Shown: positions 52,504 to 62,148 of the stretch, in pieces
Numbering within the stretch: position 1 is the first letter of the stretch
How the letters are laid out: each line of letters opens with the position of its first letter
Virus record (IMG/VR): IMGVR_UViG_3300041964_000150
DNA: 64,000 nt
Direction: 5' to 3' (one strand)
DNA from: an uncultured virus (IMG/VR IMGVR_UViG_3300041964_000150)
Lineage: Duplodnaviria; Heunggongvirae; Uroviricota; Caudoviricetes
Translations under genes and position numbers: made by a program
Notes under the pieces: generated by a model
The model's database searches: none
The model's input: only the letters and a program-made list of their open reading frames with translations
Told to the model about the DNA's origin: nothing

Positions 52504-53113
52504 TTAGAAATCGTCGGGGACAACAATACCTTTACGCTCATAATGTGCCCGCAGCGCTGCTTTATTTTCCTCCACCTCAAAGAGGGCTTTATCTTGCTCG
52601 CGCACTGCCTGCTTCTGGACTTCTGGATCTTGACGCTGCGAAGCTTGAGCCGCCATCTTATCGAGCTGGATGAGCGATCGCCGCTGCATCAAATCGGTCG
52701 CCGCCTCTTTAAACAGCAGCAGTAAATCAACCTCTAAATCCAGCAGTGGATCACCCGTTGTACAGGCTGGCTGACGCTGCGGCGTAGCGTCGTCGCTTTC
52801 GCTGGCAGAACCAACCCTAGCAACTGTTCTAAGCCGGAACGTTCTAGGGGCACCTCTCCGCCGACAAAAAGCACCAGCGCGATCGACTGGTGAGTGCTTC
52901 TGGCTCGAAGGCTGGCTCGGTCAGCGCTGCCAGCTTGCGATAGTACATCTCCAGCAGCGGATACAAAGTCATTTCGAGTTCGAGCATCGATCGATCGATG
53001 CCCTGCAATTGCCCCTGCATCTCTTGGTAGTAGGCAAACGCGATCGCATGGCGAGCCATTGGAATGAAGACTAGATCGAAGTTGCGATCGGTGTATTCGA
53101 GCCGGAAAAACAT
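52504..53113 (-). CDS. Putative tail assembly chaperone (frameshifted)
   Basis: Three overlapping frames downstream of the tail tube gene. Confidence 0.4.
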
Positions 53114-53160
53114 ACAAAAAAGCACCTCGATTTGAGGTGCTGTAGGAGATTAGCAGAAGC

Positions 53161-53976
53161 CTAACAAACAACTTTGAGCGCGATATCTTCGATATCCCAA
53201 CCCAAGCCCGATCGCGAACCACCATACGGCAGAATCCGCAGGTTGATGGTGCGCTTGCTGTCAGCAGTGAGACTTGCGCCATAGTCAAGCGAGCATTGAT
53301 GCGCAGAGAATTCCTTTGCCAAGCCGTCGAAGGTGACGCCCGTTAGGAAAACCCCGACCAGTCCCATGATCTCGTTAGACATCACAGTTGCATTTGCTGC
53401 CACGACAGGCACGCGCCCGTAGATCGTGTAACCCGTTGCTGCCAGTTCAGGGCTGAGCGTGATCGCCAAGCCTGCACCGATGACCATTTCATCGCCAGTC
53501 GGATCGGCATCGACGATCGCGATTTCCTTAGATAGTCGGGTTGCTGGGTCGATGTAGTAAGCCGTCGCTCCAGACTCCGCTGTTTGAGCAGTCACCTGAC
53601 CGCCATGCTCGCCCGTAGCCTTGGCCGCGATCGTCGTATTGGTTGCGACCACATGAAACAGTACGTGAGTCGGTGCGTTGGCAACTGACTTCACAACGCG
53701 CCCGTGAATGAGCTGTTCCAGTTCCGGTCCAACCGTATCAAAGGTGAGCTTAAGTTTAGGTAGCGTTTCTTCAGGAAACGTGAATGCGGTTTGCAGTGGA
53801 CCTGTGCAGGTTCGCTGCTTCAGTTCTCCCAGGTTTACGCCTGGATCGAGTTCGACATCGCTGGGAGGAATCAGAATCGATAGCGGCTTGGGAGTTTGCA
53901 CCGGGGGGGTGCCTGCCAAGACGTATCGGCGGATAAAGCACTTGGTAATCGTTCTAAAGCCGTAAAATCCAGTCAT
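53161..53976 (-). CDS. Putative major tail (tube) protein
   Basis: 271 aa, beta-rich, upstream of chaperones and tape measure. Confidence 0.6.
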   Translation of the reverse strand: MTGFYGFRTITKCFIRRYVLAGTPPVQTPKPLSILIPPSDVELDPGVNLGELKQRTCTGPLQTAFTFPEETLPKLKLTFDTVGPELEQLIHGRVVKSVANAPTHVLFHVVATNTTIAAKATGEHGGQVTAQTAESGATAYYIDPATRLSKEIAIVDADPTGDEMVIGAGLAITLSPELAATGYTIYGRVPVVAANATVMSNEIMGLVGVFLTGVTFDGLAKEFSAHQCSLDYGASLTADSKRTINLRILPYGGSRSGLGWDIEDIALKVVC

Positions 53977-54232
53977 AGTGCATTAAGGGGTAGGGTTGCG
54001 TTTGCGAGCTGCACCGCTGAGTCTGCTGCGGGGCACGCCTGCGGTGATCAGAAATTGGTCAAGATCGATAGTTCCAGCGAGTTCACAGCGCTGCTGTCTG
54101 CCTCATCAAGGGCATATCGGGACAACTCCTTTAGATGGTTTGTAGCGTCTCACTCGGAGCATCCCGATCGCGCACGGGCAGCGTTGTGCTTAGGATTCCC
54201 ATGCGGGCAAGCTAAGTTAAAAACCGCTCATC

Positions 54233-54634
54233 ATGCCGAAAAACCTCAACCAGCGATTGCGCCACATCGATCGCCGTTCTGCCAGCGTCGATCGCCGCCT
54301 CGGTTTCCTGTCAATGCGCCTCTACTTTCAACCGCTCGATGGTGCCAGAGTCGAGGTCAGCATCTTTGCTGCTGCGGACCTGGGCACCAGCGCAAAGAAC
54401 CAGAAAACAGGCGAAGAAGTGACCGCACATCGCTACCGTTTCAGCGTCGATCGCGATTGGCTGGATCAATACGCTGGTGTTATTGGCGTTTGGTCGATCG
54501 CCCCTGAAGGCGAGCCGCCGCTAGAATCAACACTTGAAGATCAAACCATTGCCGACGAAGGTACAGACGGCGTGCTAGTGTTTCGCATCGATCTGCAATC
54601 GTCGTTCATCCTGCCGGAGATTCCCCCACTGTGA
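54233..54634 (+). CDS. Putative head-tail joining protein
   Basis: Small ORF in the structural region, on the opposite strand. Confidence 0.45.
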   Translation: MPKNLNQRLRHIDRRSASVDRRLGFLSMRLYFQPLDGARVEVSIFAAADLGTSAKNQKTGEEVTAHRYRFSVDRDWLDQYAGVIGVWSIAPEGEPPLESTLEDQTIADEGTDGVLVFRIDLQSSFILPEIPPL

Positions 54635-54990
54635 CCAGTCCCTACGCCAAGCCTGCTGCTGACTCTGCGATCGCCGCCTGCAAAGCTCTAACGACTGTCC
54701 TCGATCTGCCGTCTGCATGGGGCACGGGTGAGCCGATCGCTGGTGAACGAACCGGAATGCTGGCCGCGCAGGTGTTCAGCGATGGTCCCGGTGCTGAGAA
54801 GTGGATCGATTGCCTGTTTGTTGCTAAGGCCGCATTCACGATTATTGGGCAGCAATGCGCTGGAGTACAGAAACGGGATGAACCTCGATCACGAACTGCC
54901 GCGATTAACACTGCCCTTTGCAAAGGGTTTGAGCCGCTTAGAGAAGACTGGCCGGATTACGATCGGCAACCCCAGAGCGCTGCTGCCTGA
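54631..54990 (+). CDS. Putative tail completion protein (3' end uncertain)
   Basis: Coupled to the previous ORF. Confidence 0.4.
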   Translation: MTSPYAKPAADSAIAACKALTTVLDLPSAWGTGEPIAGERTGMLAAQVFSDGPGAEKWIDCLFVAKAAFTIIGQQCAGVQKRDEPRSRTAAINTALCKGFEPLREDWPDYDRQPQSAAA

Positions 54991-55182
54991 ATCGAAGCAA
55001 CAGCAGTCTAAAGCTTGGGTAACTGAGGTAGTCTGCCCCTGCCGCCTGGTGTTCGTTTTCCATCGCGACGTAATTTGCGGCCACCAATAAAAAGCGATCG
55101 CTCAGACTAGAGGCGATCGCTTTGATGCGTGTTGCTGTGATGTAGCGATGCCTTATTTTGGCTGATTTTGGCAAATTTCGCT

Positions 55183-55500
55183 TTATATCAGCGTCAGGTT
55201 GCTGTTGGGCAAAGCCCGAACAGGTAGACGAAATTCGATCGCCCAAATGTTGAGACGATCGATTTGTTCGCTGTTAAATCGGCTGCTCAAGCCCAATATC
55301 GCTTGATTCCAGTAGTTCATAAGTCGCTGAGCGTTGATGCCATCCACGATCGAGCGCTTGCCAAACTCAACAGCGAGCCAGGTTAGCACGGGCGATTGTG
55401 AACTCATGAGTTGCATGGCAATATCAGACACCTCAAACCGTGTAAAAAATCCGTTCCAGTCGGGCGGATTGGGCACTACAGGATTCAGAAACGCTTGCAT
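55183..55500 (-). CDS. Putative fibre-associated protein (may extend to 55621 via a frameshift)
   Basis: PPDWNGF...W...F.LP pattern downstream of fibre genes. Confidence 0.45.
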   Translation of the reverse strand: MQAFLNPVVPNPPDWNGFFTRFEVSDIAMQLMSSQSPVLTWLAVEFGKRSIVDGINAQRLMNYWNQAILGLSSRFNSEQIDRLNIWAIEFRLPVRALPNSNLTLI

Positions 55501-56380
55501 CTTGGATCGTCATCTGTGCGACAAATTCCCAAAGCTCCGCCTCTGCGGTCGGAGGGGCAACTTGCGCATAGCCGATCGGATTGCCAGCCGCATCATATTT
55601 TCCGAAAGGCATTAGTTCCACGCTCCTCTAGGATGGATAAACCCTTGGGTCTGATAGTTGACTGTTGTACCAGAAGCGGTCACATACAAACGCACTTGAC
55701 CACTGATATTCGTCTGCACCTCAAACGGAATTCTTGAATATCGTTAGTCGTGCTTGGATGACACACGCTAAAAGCGCGGGCTGGGGCATCGGGCGAGCCT
55801 GTAATAAGAGCCGATGTTGAGGTCGTATGCACCATATCCACGATGCCGAGGGCGATCACTCGAATTCCTGTTGGAACGGTAAGCGCTTGGAGGTTGGTGG
55901 TTGCTGTTGGGGCAGGGTTGGCAAACGTAATCAGAGATGGATCCGCTCCACCAGAAAGGTCGCCGATCTGCACAAAGCTCATGATGTTGCTGCTGACATC
56001 GTGCGGATCGATCCGATGATTCGCGCACTCCAGCCGCTCGGAGCGTTCGCGCCTGTTGCGCTGGTATCAAATCCCAAAGTCGATCGCCCCATCACTCGAT
56101 CGCCGAATGATGAAGACGTGATAGGTCGTATTAGCAGCGCGTACGCCTGAGAACAAGCCGCCGCTGCCAGCTGCCGCTCGCCCAGTTCGCGCTGATTCGC
56201 TTGGTCATGACCGATCCGCTATCGCAATATAGCGATCGCTACCTGCTGCAACGATCGCCCGACCAGGCGCAATATCAGATCCGTACTAGGCAGCGCACTG
56301 TTGCGCGATAGCGTTAGATCTTCCGGTGAGCCGATCGGGAGTGATAGTAAGCTGCGGTTGATTGCGTTTTGAAATGGCAT

Positions 56381-57460
56381 TTACACTACGTCGATATTTC
56401 CGATCGAGCCAACCACCTGCCAGATTGTACTCGCAGCGATACACAGCAGATCAACACAGTCGCGGCTATGCGTTGAATCCAACCTCCCCCCTGTACCTGC
56501 GGTACTGGAAACATCGCCAAATACAATCTGCTGGCCTGCATTCTGGGCAATCCGCCAGCCGCCTGCACCCTGACCAACAACACGGATCACGGTGTCTACT
56601 ACTGCGGTGGTAGGTAAGGTGAGCGTTACCAGTGCGGCATTATTGGCGCGATAGCCATTGTTGGGAGCGATCGCCTGAGTGGTGCCCGTCACTGCGGTAA
56701 ACGGCAACGGCACAAAAGGTATTGCTTGCCAGCTTTGATCGCCGCGCAGAAAGGTGCCACTGTTGGCCGTGCCGCTGCCTAATCGGGCAGTGGCGATCGT
56801 GCCCGAAACGATATCAGCAGCGGTGATCGTCGTGTCGCCAATGCTGATCCAGTTCGCATCTGTTGTTGCGGGCAGCGTCGATAAAATGTAGCTCAAGCCG
56901 TTATCGGTCTGCTTGGCAACGTCACCCACCTGTACATTAGACAGCGCTAGACGCGCTGCCTGATCTGCGACCACTTGAATGCTAGTGAGCGCAATTGCGG
57001 GAATAACCGAAACCGCAAGCTGTCCATTGCTGTCCAGTACAGGCACGTTTCCGGCTGCCGTGCCCGTGCTGGCCGTTGCCGCTGTGCCCAATCCCAACAG
57101 CGATCGCCCTGTTGTGGCGTCCAGCTCCTCAATTAGTCCAGCTCCGCTGCTGTTGCGTCCGAGCAATCGCCCTGACGCCGAAACGTTTTGGATTTTGGCG
57201 TAGGAAACCGCATTCGCGGCGATCGTGGGATTGGGGTAGGTTCCCGTCAGGTCGCCGCCTGCGTTGCCAGTCGGGGGAACACCTGTCACCCAGGCAGGTA
57301 TGCCGCCGCTAATCCCCAAAATGCTGCCAGCGATGCCGATTTGTAGACGCGCTAGAAAGCCGTTGCTGTCTCGATAGTAAAGGTCGCCAGTTGCATCACT
57401 GCCGATCAGCGTTTCGATCGAGCCGCGCAACTGGTTGTTGAAGGCGTTTGCAATTACCAC
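56381..57460 (-). CDS. Fibre/decoration-like virion protein
   Basis: AGGDLTGTYPNPTI, LGLGTAAT..TGTAAGNVPVLDSNG, ARLGSGTANSGTFLRGDQSW. Confidence 0.8.
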   Translation of the reverse strand: MVIANAFNNQLRGSIETLIGSDATGDLYYRDSNGFLARLQIGIAGSILGISGGIPAWVTGVPPTGNAGGDLTGTYPNPTIAANAVSYAKIQNVSASGRLLGRNSSGAGLIEELDATTGRSLLGLGTAATASTGTAAGNVPVLDSNGQLAVSVIPAIALTSIQVVADQAARLALSNVQVGDVAKQTDNGLSYILSTLPATTDANWISIGDTTITAADIVSGTIATARLGSGTANSGTFLRGDQSWQAIPFVPLPFTAVTGTTQAIAPNNGYRANNAALVTLTLPTTAVVDTVIRVVGQGAGGWRIAQNAGQQIVFGDVSSTAGTGGRLDSTHSRDCVDLLCIAASTIWQVVGSIGNIDVV

Positions 57461-57984
57461 AGGTCTAAGTGTCCGTAAATAGTAGTGGCACACCAGCGCT
57501 CAGCGCTCAGCGCCACGATTTCAACTTGTGCGCTCGGTTCGATCGAGTCGATGCGGCCAGTGATGCCGACTGACGTTGCCACGTTTCCGGCCTGAACCTG
57601 CTGATCGGCGTTCTGCGTGATTCGCCAACCACCTGCGCCCTGACCAATTAACCGAATGCGATCGCCAATTGCAGGGTTGATCGGCAGATTCAGCAGCAGC
57701 AGGATCGGGGAATCGAGAACGTAAGCGTGATTACTCTGCATCTGATGAGATGCGCTCAACGTCTGCCAGGTAAAGCTTGTACTGCTATCCTGTCCGTTGC
57801 GCCCTGGTGGTCCCTGGATGCCAACTTGCAGCGTTTGTATGGGCTGCGGCTCGACATCAACTTGCAGCAGTTGTGGGGTCGTTAGAAGCTGTACGGTCTG
57901 GGGGTCAACTTCAACCGTTGCCGACTGCTGTACAACCTGAATTTGAGTAATCTGCGGCTGAACAACAATGATCGGATCAGGCAT
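57454..57984 (-). CDS. Fibre-like protein, paralogous C-terminal domain
   Basis: GIQGPPG followed by GQGAGGWRITQNA.QQ, shared with the downstream gene. Confidence 0.7.
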   Translation of the reverse strand: MPDPIIVVQPQITQIQVVQQSATVEVDPQTVQLLTTPQLLQVDVEPQPIQTLQVGIQGPPGRNGQDSSTSFTWQTLSASHQMQSNHAYVLDSPILLLLNLPINPAIGDRIRLIGQGAGGWRITQNADQQVQAGNVATSVGITGRIDSIEPSAQVEIVALSAERWCATTIYGHLDLW

Positions 57985-58294
57985 AGATTTCGACCGTTCC
58001 CGCAGCTTTCAAGGTGCGCTGCTGCGCAACCTCCCAGAACAGTCGCCATCGGTAGGTAGCCGCTGGCAGGCTGAGGATGGCTGCGCGAGACATTAGCAGC
58101 ATAATTTTGCCGCTGGTGGGAGCTGGCACCCAAACGGTCATCGCCCCAACAACTACATCCCGTCGCAGAATTTCGACCTCAAAGCTGTAATCCGTCAGAT
58201 CGATCGGCAGTTGATTGGCCTGCTTGAACTCCAGCGGCAGCGAAAAATCAGCCCCGTGATGTAGTGCTAAATTGACCGTCGCTTGATCTGACAT
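57977..58294 (-). CDS. Virion structural protein (BppU-N-like)
   Basis: GADF...PIDLT.Y...GKI.L.MS..A...LP..TY.W. Confidence 0.6.
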   Translation of the reverse strand: MSDQATVNLALHHGADFSLPLEFKQANQLPIDLTDYSFEVEILRRDVVVGAMTVWVPAPTSGKIMLLMSRAAILSLPAATYRWRLFWEVAQQRTLKAAGTVEIYA

Positions 58295-58297
58295 AAG

Positions 58298-58666
58298 TTA
58301 GCCCAGAGGGGTGCGGTTAGAGGCAGACTGCGATCGAATCAGAACCCCAGTGAAGGGATAGAGCCGATTTTGCAGATTCTCGATGAAGCTGCGATGCCGG
58401 AAAGAGTAGCCGTTGCGATCGATGCGGCTTGAATCGAGGGCAACGCCTTCGTATTCCGCCAAAATCTCCCCAACCCGATTAACCTGACTTTCATCTCGGT
58501 TGATTGCAAGAATTGCTGCGGCCAGGTGTTCGCGTGGCGCCTGAACGAACTCACTCAGCGGGGGAGCTGAAGATAAGCCGTTTTGTCCGATCGTCAGCGT
58601 CTCCGCGCGATACGGAATGCCGTAGATCTCATGCAGCAGCGTTTCTTGCTTCTCACTCAGGGGCAT
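58298..58666 (-). CDS. Putative head completion protein
   Basis: Position downstream of the capsid gene. Confidence 0.45.
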   Translation of the reverse strand: MPLSEKQETLLHEIYGIPYRAETLTIGQNGLSSAPPLSEFVQAPREHLAAAILAINRDESQVNRVGEILAEYEGVALDSSRIDRNGYSFRHRSFIENLQNRLYPFTGVLIRSQSASNRTPLG

Positions 58667-58997
58667 CGGTGCCAAACTCCAAACGATCGACAAACTTCAT
58701 CCAGCTCGCGCCATTCGGCAAAGGTACGCGCTCGATCAAGTCTTCGATCGCAGCGTAGGGGCGATTATCTTTCAGCGTCTTGACCGTTGCCGTGCCGATG
58801 CCGTCGAGCAGTTTGGCAATGCGGCTGGGGCTGTCAGTGTTGACGTTGACTTTTTCAGGCGCAACAACGGTTGCAGTAACGATCGGGGTTGCGGCTGGAT
58901 CAGGGCGCCGATAACCCTGCGCCAGAAAACTATTAACCTCACCATTGGGGACGCGCCGAGGCTCACCACTGGGGGAATTGAGCAGAACGAAGGACAT
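58653..58997 (-). CDS. Helix-hairpin-helix protein
   Basis: VNVNTDS...LDGIGTAT...NRPY..IEDL (ComEA-like HhH). Confidence 0.75.
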   Translation of the reverse strand: MSFVLLNSPSGEPRRVPNGEVNSFLAQGYRRPDPAATPIVTATVVAPEKVNVNTDSPSRIAKLLDGIGTATVKTLKDNRPYAAIEDLIERVPLPNGASWMKFVDRLEFGTDAPE

Positions 58998-59057
58998 AAC
59001 GACAAATCCCAGATAAAGAAATTTGCCGCCCGCAGTCGGACGGCAAAGGATGAGCAG

Positions 59058-60392
59058 TTAGAGCGAGAGCATCAAGCAGGCTTTGCGGTAGTCGGTGATC
59101 TTCGCGCCCATCAGCAGCGAAGCGACACGCGACTCGCGGAAGCGAGTTACATCGAAGCTACCCGACCAAACTTGCAGCGCTACGTTTGTCCCTTCTTGTA
59201 CCTGGGTGACGGCTGTTGCACCGCTGCCTTCGCTCGGTGGCTCCATCATGCGGGTTGAGTAAACCAGCGCTTCACGATGGTGTGCGATCGAGATCGAGGG
59301 AATCATCGGAATCGAGAACTTATCAACAGCCGGATTGATTTGAGCCGCAACAAGCTGCTGACCCTTCATCGAGAACGGCACAATGTAGACGGTCTTGGTC
59401 GCCAGATTGACGCGCAAAACAATACCGTAAGCCTTGGCGTTTCCTGCGGTCGGACCAATGCGAGCAATGTCACCGACTGCAACGTTTTGCAGTGCGCCTG
59501 TCGTTCCCAGAGTCAGGACGATCGCGCCCAGTGAGGTGCGATTAGCGAAATCGCCTGCAACAAAGAAGGATTGACCACCGTTAGCCGTGTCTGAAACTGC
59601 GCTAGCGATATCAACAGCAGGTTGATTAGAAGCCGCGCCATCCAGATCGGTGCTGCCAACCTGCGATCCAATGGTGTTCGAGCCGCCGACCATGAAGCCG
59701 TAGCGAGGGAGGAACTGACCGATCGGCAAGCCTTGCTGTAGCAGCGTCGAACCACTGGCAATTGCTTCGAGGTAGCCAGCATCGACCGGGGTTGCTTCAC
59801 CCAGAAAATCGCCCTTCGCTGTCGAGCTGATTTCAGCAAAGCGATTACCAGCGGGGACGTTTTCGCGATCGAGTACCGTACCTGCATGAATCAATGCGCT
59901 GCGATCGAATGAGGAGAGTTCACCGCTGCCGTTTTCGTTGGCAACACAGGCGATCGGTGCGTTGGAGCTGAAGGCAACTTCACCCGTCGAACTGTGGGTT
60001 GCGGTGCGGAATTTGTTGTACAGGTGCCCGTCGAACTTCGTCGCGATGCTCTGTGCGATCTGATCTGAGAAGTCCCGAACGTAGGTTGAGATTTTGAAGT
60101 CGCTGCTGAAAAGTGGGAAGCCGTTCGCCAGCAGTTTCTCTAGGGTGAGGTTGCCGCTGAGGTAGCCTGGTTGCGTCAAGTTCAGACCCGATCCAGTGCG
60201 GGGGTCATACTCTTGAGCTTCCGAGATTTTCGGGCGCCGGAATTTAACAGTATCGCCAACTTCAAAACTGCCCTTTTCGTAGTCGCCCATGCTAGAGCGA
60301 GGAAACAAGGACATTAGATTGAGCTGAGTGAGTGACCGCATGGCGATCAACTCTTCAGGGATTAATGCTGCGGGTGCAAAGGTAACGGTCAT
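59058..60392 (-). CDS. Major capsid protein (P22 coat-like)
   Basis: VGDTVKFRRP, IAQSIATKFD, LDRENVP..NR, HREAL; downstream of the scaffold gene. Confidence 0.85.
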   Translation of the reverse strand: MTVTFAPAALIPEELIAMRSLTQLNLMSLFPRSSMGDYEKGSFEVGDTVKFRRPKISEAQEYDPRTGSGLNLTQPGYLSGNLTLEKLLANGFPLFSSDFKISTYVRDFSDQIAQSIATKFDGHLYNKFRTATHSSTGEVAFSSNAPIACVANENGSGELSSFDRSALIHAGTVLDRENVPAGNRFAEISSTAKGDFLGEATPVDAGYLEAIASGSTLLQQGLPIGQFLPRYGFMVGGSNTIGSQVGSTDLDGAASNQPAVDIASAVSDTANGGQSFFVAGDFANRTSLGAIVLTLGTTGALQNVAVGDIARIGPTAGNAKAYGIVLRVNLATKTVYIVPFSMKGQQLVAAQINPAVDKFSIPMIPSISIAHHREALVYSTRMMEPPSEGSGATAVTQVQEGTNVALQVWSGSFDVTRFRESRVASLLMGAKITDYRKACLMLSL

Positions 60393-60495
60393 GAGGGATG
60401 TCCATAGGTATCGGTTTGTAGTGCGTTCCGCTGGGGACATCCCTTTTAAGGCAAGGGCAGCCTTTCTCTGCTTCTAGGTTTCCCGATCGAGCAAC

Positions 60496-61314
60496 CTAAA
60501 CTACACCGTCAAGCTGTGCAAGTAGCGTGTCAAGGTTGCCTGTGCGAGCCGCTTGCTGCATGGCGTCGCGATCGAGCGTTAAACCGTCTTGACCTTGCTT
60601 CAGCAGCGGTGATGTCGTGGGGGTTCCGGCTGGGGCTGGGCTAGCTGGAGTTCCACCCGTGCCCGTGCCAGGGCGAGGCGGCAGATAGTGTGACCAGCGC
60701 TGTTCAACCAGTTGTTGCAGTCCGTCAGTTGCAGGAATCAGCGTCTTGAAGCCGAGATTATCGGTTCCTTCTAACTTGAACTGATCGCCATCTTCATGAA
60801 GAATTTTCGCTCGCTTCATGTTGTCCAGCAATTCGCGCTCAGTCCCTTGGCGCACGAACTGCCGCAGGTTATCAAGAATTGGCTCATCCAGTTTGAGTAG
60901 TCGCGCTTCTTTCGCCATATCTTCCCGACTTTTGCGCTCATTCTCTACCGTGCTGCGAGCGGTTTTAACCTCTTCCTGCATCGCTTCAAGTTGGGCACGC
61001 ATTTCAGCGATCGCTGCTTCTGACTCTGAAGGGGGTTTGCTGCCTGCTTCTTCTTCTTCTCTGGCGATTCTATCGAGCAGTGCTTCGAGTTGAGTGCTGA
61101 CTACTCCGCCCAACTTGTCAGCGTCGAAGCTGCCTAGTTTCTCCTGAAGTGGAGCGATCTGGGTCTGAATCAGTTTAGGCATTTCGGTTTGCACCAAGCG
61201 GGCAGCCAAGCCGCTCAGTCCTTCATTTTGCTGCTTGGTAACGGTTTCTACGACCGCACCGAGTTGGGACGAAATTAATTCCTTGAGCTGGGCTAGCTGT
61301 TGTTCGGTGAACAT
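60496..61314 (-). CDS. Capsid scaffolding protein
   Basis: Coiled-coil, ..YLPPRPGTGTGG.P; directly upstream of the capsid gene. Confidence 0.7.
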   Translation of the reverse strand: MFTEQQLAQLKELISSQLGAVVETVTKQQNEGLSGLAARLVQTEMPKLIQTQIAPLQEKLGSFDADKLGGVVSTQLEALLDRIAREEEEAGSKPPSESEAAIAEMRAQLEAMQEEVKTARSTVENERKSREDMAKEARLLKLDEPILDNLRQFVRQGTERELLDNMKRAKILHEDGDQFKLEGTDNLGFKTLIPATDGLQQLVEQRWSHYLPPRPGTGTGGTPASPAPAGTPTTSPLLKQGQDGLTLDRDAMQQAARTGNLDTLLAQLDGVV

Positions 61315-61379
61315 AGGGGGGGAAAGGATGCAATGCAACGCTTCTAGCGTTCCCTGGTTTGACAGGGAATGCTAAAAAC

Positions 61380-61886
61380 ATGAGTAAGCTTGCAGTTCTG
61401 CGTAAAATTGCCGTTTCCAATCAGCCGCGCGATCGCACTGGCCGCTGGGTCAAGATTGCTGTAGCTAGCACGGGTAAAGTCGTCGGATCGAAAGTCGGTA
61501 TGGTGGTAGCCGGACCAAACGGCGCACTGGTCGGCAGCCTGGTAGGGGCGATCGCCACCCGCAAAGCAATGGCCGATGCGACGGCAACCTACACCGCTCA
61601 CCAACAACTGAAGCACGATCGGGCTTATGCTAGCCTGAGTCGCTTGGAGAAGCTGAAGGCACTGCGGGAGAAGGCGATCGCTGAACTTGAAGCCAAAAAA
61701 GCGCAAACTGAAGATGAGATATTGAGCGATGTTGCAGGCTGGGCAGTCGGCAACGCCTCATCTGAAGCGATCAATGCTGCGGTGTCTGCACTTGCGCCCG
61801 TTCCCGGTAAAGGGGCGATCACAGCGTTCGCAACGGTGCCGAAACTCATGAAACTGAAAGAAAGACTAGCCAATGCTAAACGATGA
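61380..61886 (+). CDS. Phage protein with QPRD..GRW motif and glycine-zipper segment
   Basis: NQPRDRTGRW; GKVVGSKVGMVVAGPNGALVGSLVGA. Confidence 0.6.
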   Translation: MSKLAVLRKIAVSNQPRDRTGRWVKIAVASTGKVVGSKVGMVVAGPNGALVGSLVGAIATRKAMADATATYTAHQQLKHDRAYASLSRLEKLKALREKAIAELEAKKAQTEDEILSDVAGWAVGNASSEAINAAVSALAPVPGKGAITAFATVPKLMKLKERLANAKR

Positions 61887-62130
61887 ACAGATGGGACTGG
61901 ATGAGCTAAACGCTGCGATCGCCGCAGAAGAAGCCGAGATCAAGTTGCAGATGCAAGAGCTGATTGAAGAACAGTATCCGGTCAAGGTTGCCGAGTTTGT
62001 TGGCGATTTCGCGGCAGGTGACGACGAATCGATTACGGGTAGAGTGCAGATTACTAGCGATAGCCCAGACTGGCCGAGCGGCGAATATGCTTTTGTTAGC
62101 GGCGATCGCATGGTCCTCACAGCACTGTAA
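61873..62130 (+). CDS. Hypothetical acidic protein
   Basis: Coupled ORF. Confidence 0.55.
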   Translation: MLNDEQMGLDELNAAIAAEEAEIKLQMQELIEEQYPVKVAEFVGDFAAGDDESITGRVQITSDSPDWPSGEYAFVSGDRMVLTAL

Positions 62131-62148
62131 TCAACTCTTGTTGCACCT

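Noticed and set aside
52504..53113. Programmed tail-chaperone frameshift
   Set aside because: Indistinguishable from the many apparent sequencing indels; no clear slippery heptamer identified.
56381..57984. Diversity-generating retroelement TR/VR pair
   Set aside because: Both copies are coding, divergence is not adenine-specific, and no reverse transcriptase is present in the window.
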